From the NCBI GenBank assembly GCA_965656375.1, contig CBFHKH010000001.1, forward strand, positions 281,319-345,318: a stretch of DNA of 64,000 nt, read 5' to 3'. This DNA is from Minisyncoccia bacterium (GTDB lineage Bacteria > Patescibacteriota > Minisyncoccia > Phycocordibacterales > UBA9973). The notes below the pieces were generated by a model. That model searched no databases, was not told the DNA's origin, and worked only from the letters and a program-made list of their open reading frames with translations. Shown here piece by piece: positions 1-9,282 of this stretch (the first letter of the stretch is position 1; every line of letters starts with the position of its first letter). A program made the position numbers and the translations under genes.

Positions 1-21
1 CACTTCGAAATAGATCATAAT

Positions 22-48
22 AAAAACCTCTCATACATGAGAGGTTTT
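22..48 (-). terminator. Intrinsic terminator after rplU
   Basis: AAAAACCTCTCA-TACA-TGAGAGGTTTTT inverted repeat with A/T tails. Confidence 0.75.
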
Positions 49-413
49 TATTTAATGGCTGAGATTTTAACTTCTATGAAAGGCTGGCGATGTCCGTTCT
101 TTTTGAGGTAGCGGCTCTTCTGCTTGTATTTTACTACTTTGACTGTCTTACCTTGGCCATACTTCTGGAAGAGTGATTCTACGCTCGCATTTGCGATATA
201 GGGAGATCCGATTGTTGTATCAACACCGTTGTCTACAAGGAGAACCTTGTCGAATACGATCTTGTCTCCGAGCTTGAATTCGCCCTTCATTTTCTCAACT
301 TTTAGCATATCGCCAACAGCAACTTTGTACTGCTTTCCACCTGTAAAAATAACAGCGAATTCCGTACTGTCTGATTTTGCCTTTTTTGTTGTTTTCTTTG
401 TAGCTGTTGCCAT
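48..413 (-). CDS. rplU: 50S ribosomal protein L21
   Basis: FAVIFTGGKQYKV and KNGHRQPF motifs. Confidence 0.97.
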   Translation of the reverse strand: MATATKKTTKKAKSDSTEFAVIFTGGKQYKVAVGDMLKVEKMKGEFKLGDKIVFDKVLLVDNGVDTTIGSPYIANASVESLFQKYGQGKTVKVVKYKQKSRYLKKNGHRQPFIEVKISAIK

Positions 414-511
414 AAATCCTTATTTTGTAGACCTCATGAAAAGAGGATTACCACAGGCCCTATAATACACAAAACCTTTGAAAAACGCAAGCTAGAAGCT
501 ATACTATAGCC

Positions 512-1867
512 ATGTCACTTACTATCTACAATTCTCTTACCCGTCAAAAGGAGCAATTTTTACCTATCAATAAATCCTTGGTTTCTCTCTATACATGTGG
601 GCCTACCGTTTACAACTATCCGCATATTGGCAACTATAGAGCCTATATTTCAGCTGATATTTTAAAACGTTACCTCTCTTACAGTGATTATGATGTTAAA
701 TATGTCATGAATATTACTGATGTTGATGATAAAACAATACGAGATAGTACAGCACAAGGAAAAACGTTAAAGGAATTCACAGAGTTTTATGCTACTGAGT
801 TTTTTAAGGATCGCGATGATCTTAATATTGTTGCTCCTGATATCTACACAAAGGCAACCGATTATATCGCTGAAATGGTAGCACTTATCGAAAAGCTTTT
901 AGAAAAAGAGTATGCATACAAAGGTGATGATGGGTCAATTTATTTTAATATCAAAAAAGATACAGAGTATGGAAAACTTTCTCACTTTAAAATTTCCGAT
1001 TTGAAAGAAAACGCAGAAGGTCGAATGAAAAAAGACGAATATGATAAAGAAAACACTCAAGATTTTGCTCTCTGGAAAGCATGGGATTCAAATGACGGCG
1101 ATGTATACTGGGAAACTTCACTTGGCAAAGGTCGTCCAGGCTGGCATATCGAGTGTTCTGCGATGAGTATGGCGATACTTGGGGAAAGTATTGATATCCA
1201 TGTTGGTGGAGTTGATTTGATATTCCCACACCATGAAAATGAGATCGCTCAATCTGAATGTGCAACTTGTAAACCCTTTGTAAAATACTGGATGCATAAT
1301 GAGCATCTGATGGTTGAGGGTAAAAAAATGGCAAAATCACTCGGAAATTTCTATACGTTGCGTGATCTTTACGAAAAAGGTATGAATCCCCTCGCTTTTC
1401 GGTACTGGCTCTATACAGGCCACTACAGAACAAAAGTAAATTTTACATTTGAGGCAGTAGAGGGTGCGAGCGTAGCACTCAAGAAATTGTATGCTTTCTA
1501 TCATGATTTAGGCGCTGAAACCGGAGAGGTGAATCAACAGTATATCTATGAATTTAAAAAATGCATGGATGATGATTTGAATACCCCGCAAGCCCTTGCG
1601 CTTTTATGGGAACTTGTAAAAGATCCTCATGTATCGGATAAAGATAAGAAAGCAACAATGCTTAATCTTGATGCAGTTTTCGGGTTTGGATTAGACGCGT
1701 ACAAGGAAGAAGATATTCCGGATGCCGTCGCTTGCCTTGCAGAAGAACGAGAAAAGGCACGACTCAATAAAGACTGGGCTACGAGCGACCTGCTCCGTGA
1801 CAAGATTTCTGATCTTGGGTATGAAGTCAAAGATACTGATCACAGATCAAAAATCTCAAAAATATAA
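512..1867 (+). CDS. cysS: Cysteine--tRNA ligase
   Basis: [39 protein letters not shown]. Confidence 0.98.
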   Translation: MSLTIYNSLTRQKEQFLPINKSLVSLYTCGPTVYNYPHIGNYRAYISADILKRYLSYSDYDVKYVMNITDVDDKTIRDSTAQGKTLKEFTEFYATEFFKDRDDLNIVAPDIYTKATDYIAEMVALIEKLLEKEYAYKGDDGSIYFNIKKDTEYGKLSHFKISDLKENAEGRMKKDEYDKENTQDFALWKAWDSNDGDVYWETSLGKGRPGWHIECSAMSMAILGESIDIHVGGVDLIFPHHENEIAQSECATCKPFVKYWMHNEHLMVEGKKMAKSLGNFYTLRDLYEKGMNPLAFRYWLYTGHYRTKVNFTFEAVEGASVALKKLYAFYHDLGAETGEVNQQYIYEFKKCMDDDLNTPQALALLWELVKDPHVSDKDKKATMLNLDAVFGFGLDAYKEEDIPDAVACLAEEREKARLNKDWATSDLLRDKISDLGYEVKDTDHRSKISKI

Positions 1868-1877
1868 TACGAATGTA

Positions 1878-1916
1878 ACTGTTGGTAATTTTTCATATGC
1901 AAAAATTACCAACAGT
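1878..1916. terminator. Long hairpin between convergent cysS and kinase genes
   Basis: ACTGTTGGTAATTTTT...AAAAATTACCAACAGT 16-bp stem. Confidence 0.6.
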
Positions 1917-1919
1917 ATG

Positions 1920-3572
1920 TTATGTAATGGCGTCTAGTTGAAAGCTAAATGTCGATCCTTTGTTTGGACCTGCTGATGTAACAAAAACAGTACCTTTGTG
2001 TGCCTCGATGATCTCTTTTGCTAAGTAAAGCCCCAAACCTGACCCTCCCGTATTCATACGTGCACCATCTCCACGCGAAAATTTTTGAAAGAGCGTAGTT
2101 CGTATAGCATCAGTCATACCCATGCCTGTATCTGTAACGGCGAGTGTCACCTTTTTGTTAATGTTTTTTACAGACACATCGATGTGCCCTTCATTTGTGT
2201 ACTTGATAGAGTTATCTATAAGGTTGAGTACTACTTGGCGAATCTTTTCTTTATCACCATTTACCATGCACTCTGTATCAGGATCTGATTCAAAATTAAG
2301 TGCAAGATTCTTCTTTACGGCTACGATTGAAAGATCCGTAACCATATCTCGAGATACTTCACTCAAAGAAAATGGCGCCATTTCATACTTCATTCCTCCT
2401 TGTTCAATTTTTGACACATTCAATAGGTCTTCAACTATCTTAGTAAGGTTCATGGTCGATTGGAATACTCTCTCAGTAGCATCGCGAGCTTTTGGATTGA
2501 TATCCCCAAAATCTCCTTCAAGTATCATAGAAGTATACCCCTTGATAGCGGTGAGCGGACTTCGCAATTGGTGAGAAGCGAGAGACAAAAATTCTGTTTT
2601 GAGTTCATCAAGCCCTTTTAGTTTCTCATTCGCGTCAAAAAGCTGTTCTGAAAGTATTTGGAGCTGTTCACGCTGGGCAACCTCACGCTTTACAGATTTG
2701 ATCAAGAAATCCCCGAATATTACTACAAGGAGAAGTGTTACTCCGGTCAAAATATAACTCGTTGTAGTCTTTATAAAGATAAATTCGCATGCAGTGAGGA
2801 CCGCAAGAGCAACGACAAGAGCTTGGGTACCGATAAGTTTTATATTGAATGTCTGAAAGCGTACAATAGTATATACCAAAAATCCAATAAAAATAGGCAG
2901 TGCAAAGAATCCAATCAAGCTTATCTGCCAATTATCAGTGATGCTACTTGCCAAGTTCCCCCATGAGAATGCAAAAAGAAATAAGAATACGCCTAGGGTA
3001 ATATACGATATTTGTTTCCGAAACAATGCATCAGAAGACGTGCGGTGTTTCTTCAAATACAGTATGAGAAGCGAAACCACAAACAACCCTTCTATAATAT
3101 AGTCATAGTAACCCAAAAATCCTTCTACACTCAAACACGTAGACAGGTCAAATCCGGAAAGATTGAAATGTGTGGGAGTAAAGATAATTACTGGTAAATA
3201 TATAAGTCCGATCAGAAGCTTGAGCGTAAAAGACAAGTCTTTTTTCTCAAGAAATTGATAGATAAAATAGAACGCACAGATGTACACAAGTGGCTCTACC
3301 AGGATGTCGATTGCCCAAACGAACATTATGATATCGCTTCTGTTACTTGCCCAAAAGACAAGAGAGAAAAATATCCAGATAGCAGAGAAAAACAATACCC
3401 ATGCAAGAAGGTTGCTTGATAATTTACCTCGACCATTTTTCAAAATGAAAAATATAAAGATGAGTGAAGTAATGATCGCTGGAATATGAGCATAATACAC
3501 AAGCGAGGAGACATTTTTAGAAAAGATGAGAAATGTCGGAAATACGTCGCTACAGAGTGCTGGTAAATTCAT
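1920..3572 (-). CDS. Membrane sensor histidine kinase (multi-TM N-terminus, HisKA + HATPase)
   Basis: ASHQLRSPL H-box, NLIDNSIKY N-box, DTGMG, GSGLGL; start at MNLPAL follows a TATAAT box. Confidence 0.92.
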   Translation of the reverse strand: MNLPALCSDVFPTFLIFSKNVSSLVYYAHIPAIITSLIFIFFILKNGRGKLSSNLLAWVLFFSAIWIFFSLVFWASNRSDIIMFVWAIDILVEPLVYICAFYFIYQFLEKKDLSFTLKLLIGLIYLPVIIFTPTHFNLSGFDLSTCLSVEGFLGYYDYIIEGLFVVSLLILYLKKHRTSSDALFRKQISYITLGVFLFLFAFSWGNLASSITDNWQISLIGFFALPIFIGFLVYTIVRFQTFNIKLIGTQALVVALAVLTACEFIFIKTTTSYILTGVTLLLVVIFGDFLIKSVKREVAQREQLQILSEQLFDANEKLKGLDELKTEFLSLASHQLRSPLTAIKGYTSMILEGDFGDINPKARDATERVFQSTMNLTKIVEDLLNVSKIEQGGMKYEMAPFSLSEVSRDMVTDLSIVAVKKNLALNFESDPDTECMVNGDKEKIRQVVLNLIDNSIKYTNEGHIDVSVKNINKKVTLAVTDTGMGMTDAIRTTLFQKFSRGDGARMNTGGSGLGLYLAKEIIEAHKGTVFVTSAGPNKGSTFSFQLDAIT

Positions 3573-3630
3573 AATAGGTATATTATAATACAGCCGGGTC
3601 AAAACGTCTAATATTAGTAACAAAATTCTT

Positions 3631-4023
3631 ATGCTTTTAGTAAAAACAAAAATCGGTCCAAGTGAAATTCATGGAACAGGGCTCTTTGCAGATCAATTCA
3701 TACCCAAAGGAACAGTAACATGGGAGTGGAACGAAACATTCGATGTTGCGTTTGATGAAGAAGCAGTCAATTCCCTTCCTCCGCTTCAGAAAGCATACAT
3801 ACTCTATTATGCATACTTGGATAAAGAGCTTGGTAAGCTTATCCTTTGTGGTGATAGCCAGCGCTATATAAATCATTCTCGGGAGACAAATATCGATTCC
3901 TCACCTCGCAAAGATGTTGCAAGTAGAGATATACAACCTGGTGAAGAATTCCTTTGTAATTACAATCTTTTTGATAACACGTACTTTAGTCGAATCGGCC
4001 TCGACGAAAGCACACTTAAATAG
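3631..4023 (+). CDS. SET domain-containing protein (putative methyltransferase)
   Basis: IHGTGLFA, RYINHS, DIQPGEEFLCNY SET motifs. Confidence 0.9.
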   Translation: MLLVKTKIGPSEIHGTGLFADQFIPKGTVTWEWNETFDVAFDEEAVNSLPPLQKAYILYYAYLDKELGKLILCGDSQRYINHSRETNIDSSPRKDVASRDIQPGEEFLCNYNLFDNTYFSRIGLDESTLK

Positions 4024-4621
4024 CGTTTTTTATTTTTTGATAGATTCTTTTTCTCCACAAGAGAATCGTCAATGATCCATTAATTAGGAGAAGGTATAGA
4101 GCATAGATCCAATCTTTTTCTTCAAGAGTAAACCAACTACTGATAGCAACGACATTTAAAATACTTGAAATAGTTTCAAGGAGCCATGCATTGGGATCTT
4201 CTTCTTCAGGCCTCAAATAGGATTTCTGTATTGTTGGTACGAGTCCAATAAAATCAACAACAATGCTACCGATAAAGCCAATAAGCGGAGAATTGAAAAT
4301 AAGCCACAAGAGACAGGATCCTATTGCGCCACACAAACAAATTTTATCTAAAAGAGAAAACCTATCACCAGACCCATATTTCAGTGAAAGTAATGCTAGG
4401 ATAAATGGTCCGATCACATATGCTGCTTGAATCCAGATATTCTCATACAGATCAAGAGACAGTGAGCTTGAGAGTATTATTGCTCCTACAAGCGTAAGTA
4501 TCCACCATGTGGATCTGCTAGGCTTTGTTGAGCCTTTAAATATAGAAATGATGTATACGATGTATGCTGAAAATGAAAGAATTCCTGCAATCATTCCCAA
4601 ATTATCGATCAAGAAATCCAT
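4016..4621 (-). CDS. Multi-pass membrane protein, PQ-loop/SWEET-like two-repeat architecture
   Basis: about 7 hydrophobic segments; two similar halves (YIISIFKGSTKPSRSTW / PTIQKSYLRPEEEDPNAW). Confidence 0.55.
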   Translation of the reverse strand: MDFLIDNLGMIAGILSFSAYIVYIISIFKGSTKPSRSTWWILTLVGAIILSSSLSLDLYENIWIQAAYVIGPFILALLSLKYGSGDRFSLLDKICLCGAIGSCLLWLIFNSPLIGFIGSIVVDFIGLVPTIQKSYLRPEEEDPNAWLLETISSILNVVAISSWFTLEEKDWIYALYLLLINGSLTILLWRKRIYQKIKNAI

Positions 4622-4623
4622 AC

Positions 4624-4764
4624 TTATTGGACTCCTGCTTCATTGGCTGAAGAATTAATTACGGGGAAGTCTTTTATGGTGATATAGCGATGATATGTTA
4701 CAAATGCAGAAGCAAGTATTGCAATCAAGAATATTCCGATCAATACTTTAGATTTTTTATCCAT
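4624..4764 (-). CDS. Small single-TM protein, 46 aa (not in ORF track)
   Basis: Hand translation MDKKSKVLIGIFLIAILASAFVTYHRYITIKDFPVINSSANEAGVQ; TATACT 7 nt upstream; stop 2 nt before the next ATG. Confidence 0.75.
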   Translation of the reverse strand: MDKKSKVLIGIFLIAILASAFVTYHRYITIKDFPVINSSANEAGVQ

Positions 4765-4829
4765 ATGATCAAGTATACTATGCTTTTATATGATTGCAAA
4801 AGAGTAGTATTTTCTGTAGTATACGAATT

Positions 4830-5720
4830 ATGGCAACATCAATTTTAAATGAAACGAAAGTAGAAAATGCAGATGTAGTGATTGTAAGTGCAGCATATGA
4901 AAAAACTGCAAGCTCAAGAAAAGGTACTGTGCATGGTCCAAAGGCGATACTAAACTGTCTTAATACGAAACTTGAATTTTTCGATCGGACATACAAAAAA
5001 GAAGTGAATGCATTTGTAAAGATAGGGCAAAAAGATCTCGGAAAAATCAGTAGCCTAACTCCTGAGCGGGCACTCAAAAAGATAGCTGATGAATGCGAGA
5101 AATTGGTAGCGCAAGGTAAATTCGTCTTTCTCTTGGGCGGTGAGCATTCAGTGTCTCTCGGACTTTTTCAAGCACTTTCCAAGCATATTGATCCGAAGGA
5201 TACGACAATAGTGCAGATAGATGCCCACTGCGACCTTCGTGATACTGACGCTGACTATAGCGATCATCCATCGAGATATGCTCACTCATGCGTACTCCAC
5301 CGTGGAAACGAACTCGGCTACAAGCTTATCCAAGTCGGTATTCGAACCTATTCCATCGATGAGTATAATTATTTTTCTGACCCAAAGAACAATATCACTG
5401 TATATGAATGGGGCAATGGCAATAAAATCCCAAGCATTGATGAGATATTGAACGGTATTACTACAAAGAATGTATACCTCACTATCGATGTTGATGGTTT
5501 TGACCCTGCCTATATGCCAGGAACCGGTACGCCTGTCCAAGGCGGACTCGAATGGTGGTACGGTATGGAACTTGTGCAAAGACTCTCGAAAGAAAAAAAT
5601 CTCATCGGTGCTGATATCGTTGAGGTCTCCCCTATGCGCGATTCAGTTTTAACTGAATACGGCGCAGCACAGCTTGCATATACTATTATTGCAAATAAAT
5701 TCAGCAATAGACTAAAATAA
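4830..5720 (+). CDS. speB: Agmatinase / ureohydrolase
   Basis: GGEHS, DAHCD, DVDGFDPAYMPGTGTP motifs. Confidence 0.92.
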   Translation: MATSILNETKVENADVVIVSAAYEKTASSRKGTVHGPKAILNCLNTKLEFFDRTYKKEVNAFVKIGQKDLGKISSLTPERALKKIADECEKLVAQGKFVFLLGGEHSVSLGLFQALSKHIDPKDTTIVQIDAHCDLRDTDADYSDHPSRYAHSCVLHRGNELGYKLIQVGIRTYSIDEYNYFSDPKNNITVYEWGNGNKIPSIDEILNGITTKNVYLTIDVDGFDPAYMPGTGTPVQGGLEWWYGMELVQRLSKEKNLIGADIVEVSPMRDSVLTEYGAAQLAYTIIANKFSNRLK

Positions 5721-5748
5721 AAAGGCTTGTTATAAGAACAGGCCTTTT
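5720..5748. terminator. Bidirectional terminator
   Basis: AAAAGGCTTGTT-ATAAG-AACAGGCCTTTT between convergent genes. Confidence 0.7.
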
Positions 5749-5764
5749 GAACTATAAATTTATA

Positions 5765-6475
5765 CTATGTTTCTATTTTCCTTGCTTTATTCATGCCTAC
5801 TCCTATCAAATAGCAGAATATCGAAGCAATTGCACCGGAAATAATTATTGATTGCATCTCACTGATACTAAAAAACCATCTTCCAGTAGTATGTGTCATA
5901 CTGCAAATACAAATGATCAAAACCGTGCTAATTATATTCCTAATAATATAAGGAACTTTCTCTATTAAGCCATACATTACTGCATTAAGGAGTGCCATTA
6001 GCAATAGGAGTTTGAGAATATCAAAGTAGAGTTTAGGACCCCATGCTTTGGCAAATGAGGAATCATCTTTATCTTCTATGTATACACGATCAAGTTTATA
6101 AACTTTGAATTCCATCTCTTTCCAATCAATGTGATATCCAGTTTCTAAATATGTACTTCTTTTGTATGGCCCAACAAGCAGATATGCTTTATTTTTTAGT
6201 AGTTCCACTTTAACGGCCTTTGAACTAATTACAAATGAGTCCTCGCCTCTGAATAACACCTGCTTGTAGTAATAAGGGTCGCTCAATCGGTCGGGTACAG
6301 ACATTACTTTTACAAACACAAGTGTATCCTTTCCTACAGCTTTATAAACCAAAATTGATTTTTGGTTAGAGCCTGGTGAAAGATAAAAGCCATTTTTTGC
6401 CTTAGCAAGCGGGGTTTGGGTATATCCTAAACTCAATATAAAGAGGAAGGATATGGTGGTCATAAATTTTTTCAT
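5765..6475 (-). CDS. Hypothetical exported/membrane protein (signal peptide + 3 C-terminal TM)
   Basis: MKKFMTTISFLFILSLGYT-Q signal peptide; hydrophobic C-terminus; own leader and terminator. Confidence 0.75.
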   Translation of the reverse strand: MKKFMTTISFLFILSLGYTQTPLAKAKNGFYLSPGSNQKSILVYKAVGKDTLVFVKVMSVPDRLSDPYYYKQVLFRGEDSFVISSKAVKVELLKNKAYLLVGPYKRSTYLETGYHIDWKEMEFKVYKLDRVYIEDKDDSSFAKAWGPKLYFDILKLLLLMALLNAVMYGLIEKVPYIIRNIISTVLIICICSMTHTTGRWFFSISEMQSIIISGAIASIFCYLIGVGMNKARKIET

Positions 6476-6507
6476 GATTTAGTTTTAAATTGGTTAAAAA
6501 TTTTGCA

Positions 6508-6546
6508 TATTTGCTCTAAAAGCCCATGCAGCCCTTAGAGCAAATA
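6508..6546 (-). promoter_or_regulatory. 17-bp leader hairpin ending 32 nt before ATG
   Basis: minus strand TATTTGCTCTAAGGGCT-GCATG-GGCTTTTAGAGCAAATA; 3 G-U pairs form only on the coding strand. Confidence 0.65.
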
Positions 6547-6582
6547 ACAAAATACAACCAAAGCAATTTGGTTGTATTTTGT
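6547..6582. terminator. Perfect 16-bp hairpin after the DHS-like gene
   Basis: ACAAAATACAACCAAA-GCAA-TTTGGTTGTATTTTGT. Confidence 0.55.
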
Positions 6583-6604
6583 CACATATTAATATGTCCG
6601 TCAA

Positions 6605-7624
6605 CTAGGAGATATATTTTGCAATCAACTCATTTGCTTCTTTTGGATTTGCTTTACACTCGAGAAGTGCTGTAAGCATGAGCGGCGCTACGATGGTAGC
6701 ATCTGATTCGATAACGAACATCGGGGTATCCTTTGTGAGTTTATCCCATGTGATCTTTTCATTTGGAGTCGCGCCTGAGTATGAACCATAGGAAGTGGTA
6801 GAGTCAGAAATCTGGCAGAAGTATGCCCATGGCTTTGCTTCCTGTTCCATATCGTACTTAAGCGATGGAACTACGCAGATCGGAAAATCTCCGGCAATAC
6901 CGCCACCTATCTGGAAGAATCCGATCCCCTCTTCTTTTGAAAGCTGTTGATATTGATCATAGAATGCGCCCATGTACTCAATGCCGCTTTTTGCAATAGA
7001 CGCACTCGCATCGCCATGCTTCACATGAGAAGCAAAGATATTTCCAAATGTTGAATCTTCATATCCTGGCACTACCATTGGAATATTATTCTCAGCTGCA
7101 GCAAGGAGCCAGCACTCCTCGGCCTTACCTTCATGTTTTTCCTTATCAAGAGTCTGAATTAAATCATAAAAGTATTCATGCCAGAATTTGCGAGTGCCAT
7201 CCTTGGTAGCTTGTTCCCATACTGGCACAATGTGTTTCTCAACAGCACGGAATGCTTCGTCCTCTGGGATACTTGTATCTGTAACACGACGCATACGATT
7301 CTCGAGGATCTTCGTATCATCTTCCTTTGTAAAATATCTGTAATCAGGGAAATCCTTGTACGAATCATGAGCGACAAGGCGGAAAAGCGATTCTTCTAGA
7401 TTCGCACCGGTAACAGACATACCATGGATAAGTCCTGCACGAATTGCGGGGGCAAGGACAATACCAAGCTGGGCTGATGACATAGCTCCTGCTACTGCCC
7501 AAAACATCTTGCCTCCTTTCTCTGCATGTCGCCAATATGCGATGAGTGCATCGCGTGTTGCGCGAGCATTAAAGTTCTTGTAATTCTTGAGCACAAATTC
7601 TAATGTAGGAAGATTGTTATTCAT
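6605..7624 (-). CDS. Deoxyhypusine synthase-like protein (SpeY-type, homospermidine biosynthesis)
   Basis: AGAMSSAQLG, TGANLEE, VTDTSIPEDEAF, IGGGIAGDF, GSYSGATPNEKITWDK. Confidence 0.9.
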   Translation of the reverse strand: MNNNLPTLEFVLKNYKNFNARATRDALIAYWRHAEKGGKMFWAVAGAMSSAQLGIVLAPAIRAGLIHGMSVTGANLEESLFRLVAHDSYKDFPDYRYFTKEDDTKILENRMRRVTDTSIPEDEAFRAVEKHIVPVWEQATKDGTRKFWHEYFYDLIQTLDKEKHEGKAEECWLLAAAENNIPMVVPGYEDSTFGNIFASHVKHGDASASIAKSGIEYMGAFYDQYQQLSKEEGIGFFQIGGGIAGDFPICVVPSLKYDMEQEAKPWAYFCQISDSTTSYGSYSGATPNEKITWDKLTKDTPMFVIESDATIVAPLMLTALLECKANPKEANELIAKYIS

Positions 7625-7650
7625 AGTTATAGTATATCACTTATAATATA

Positions 7651-7753
7651 GGCTTCACAAATTATATCCTGAAAAAAGTCCTCGGATCTCCTCGCACTAA
7701 ATTCTTAGAGGAGCGAGGCCAGACTATTTTTCAGGATATAATTTATTTCGCTC
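7651..7753. repeat. ~100-bp palindromic dispersed element, copy A
   Basis: Arms AAATTATATCCTGAAAAA/TTTTTCAGGATATAATTT; close reverse-complement match at 13817-13920. Confidence 0.9.
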
Positions 7754-9133
7754 TTACCAGCCAAAATTTTTCCCAACATCATCAGGAGTTTCTCTTTTAC
7801 GAGATACTACGATGTGTCCGTTTTCTGCGATCAATTTGAGTGGCGATGAAAGCATGCAGTGGTGAGCTGCGAGTGGATCTTGATACGCACCGGTGTCATA
7901 CACCACTATATACATTGGTTGGCCACTTGCGCTATCATAATCAGGTAAAGTCACTGTGCCATTGACTCCTGTGTAAATATCGTCAGAATCGCAACTCGAT
8001 CCAGCAAGCCAGACGTCATTGAGATCTGCATCATGTTTGTTGTTCGCAGGAGAAATCGCCCATTTTTGACCGATAGCCCATGTATCGAGAAGATCATTCA
8101 TGAAGCTTCCATCAATCACGTACCATTTCTTTGCTGGACTCTTTTTATTTTTAATTTCCTTTGTATCAATAATCTTGAACACTGTGATCTGGGCTGGTGC
8201 CACAATATAGCGCCCCCATTCACATACAAGATTCGGATGCGGAAGGCCCCGCTTTTCGGACTCCTGTTTAATAAGTTTAAATATTTTTTCCATGAGCTTG
8301 TCTACCGGATAGCTCTTGTTGCGAGTATATGGGATTGGCATTCCACCGCCGATGTCGATTGTATCGAGTGATGGATTCTTTTCTTTAATCTTGAAATAAA
8401 CATCAAGAGCATACTTTACCGGACCAAGGACATCAGAAAGCTTCTCAATTTGAGATCCAATATGGTAATGGAGAATTTTAAGGTTTTTAAATGACCCCAT
8501 GTCGATGATCTCTTTCGCAGAAAATCCAAATCGATCGATCGGCTTATTCCAGTGTGAACTTGCTTTGATTGGCATATCAAGGCGTATACCGACATCATAT
8601 TTTGAATATTGGAGGAACTTCAACTCATTTGGTCCTTCAATAAGTGGAAAAATCTTAACTCCTTTATGCTGAAGATCATCAATAAGTGATATATATTTGT
8701 CAGTCTTTGGACCAGAACAAAGAATCCGGATATTTGGATTGAAAGTCTCCTGCTCAAGCATTTTCTTAACAAGCCAAAGATCATTATATGAGGAAGTTTC
8801 AAGATGCGCACCTTCACCGACGATCGCCATCACCACTTCTTTATTTTGATTTACTTTCATCGGATAGTGGTAAAAGAATTTACCTTGATATCCAACTTTC
8901 TTTGAGAGATCTTTAGCAAGATCAAGAAAATCTTCCAGGCGTTCCTCGATAACAAACGGCATGAGTATTTCAAGCGATGTTCCAAATTTTTCCGCCATGT
9001 AGCGAACGTTATAAATATTGTGACCTTCTTTTATGATAAGGTCACCTTCCTTGTTGAAGTCAAAATATTGAGTGTTGAATTCCTTCGCACCTATCTTCCA
9101 AAGCTTCTTTGAAGCCACAGAACGTTTAGTCAT
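7754..9133 (-). CDS. speA: PLP-dependent Orn/DAP/Arg decarboxylase, probably arginine decarboxylase
   Basis: YPMKVNQ PLP lysine, HYHIGSQI, DIGGG, EWGRY, CDSDD, GAYQDPL. Confidence 0.85.
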   Translation of the reverse strand: MTKRSVASKKLWKIGAKEFNTQYFDFNKEGDLIIKEGHNIYNVRYMAEKFGTSLEILMPFVIEERLEDFLDLAKDLSKKVGYQGKFFYHYPMKVNQNKEVVMAIVGEGAHLETSSYNDLWLVKKMLEQETFNPNIRILCSGPKTDKYISLIDDLQHKGVKIFPLIEGPNELKFLQYSKYDVGIRLDMPIKASSHWNKPIDRFGFSAKEIIDMGSFKNLKILHYHIGSQIEKLSDVLGPVKYALDVYFKIKEKNPSLDTIDIGGGMPIPYTRNKSYPVDKLMEKIFKLIKQESEKRGLPHPNLVCEWGRYIVAPAQITVFKIIDTKEIKNKKSPAKKWYVIDGSFMNDLLDTWAIGQKWAISPANNKHDADLNDVWLAGSSCDSDDIYTGVNGTVTLPDYDSASGQPMYIVVYDTGAYQDPLAAHHCMLSSPLKLIAENGHIVVSRKRETPDDVGKNFGW

Positions 9134-9244
9134 CTCTTTTTACCAAGCAACTCTCGTGCCTGTAATAAAATAATAATAAAGTCATAATAGCAAACTGAGA
9201 GGATATGTAAATAGAGAATCCATGTATTGCAAATCTATACTAAA

Positions 9245-9272
9245 AATGGCCTGCGTATTACCGCAAGCCATT
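9245..9272 (-). terminator. Intrinsic terminator
   Basis: minus strand AATGGCTTGCG-GTAATA-CGCAGGCCATT followed by T-run. Confidence 0.65.
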
Positions 9273-9282
9273 CTAATAAAAC

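Noticed and set aside
6508-6582. Integron attC sites for the accessory cassettes
   Set aside because: Hairpins lie upstream of genes, lack RYYYAAC/GTTRRRY ends, and no integrase is present.
6605-7624. Hypusination system
   Set aside because: No eIF5A or efp nearby; context with speA/speB points to polyamine synthesis.
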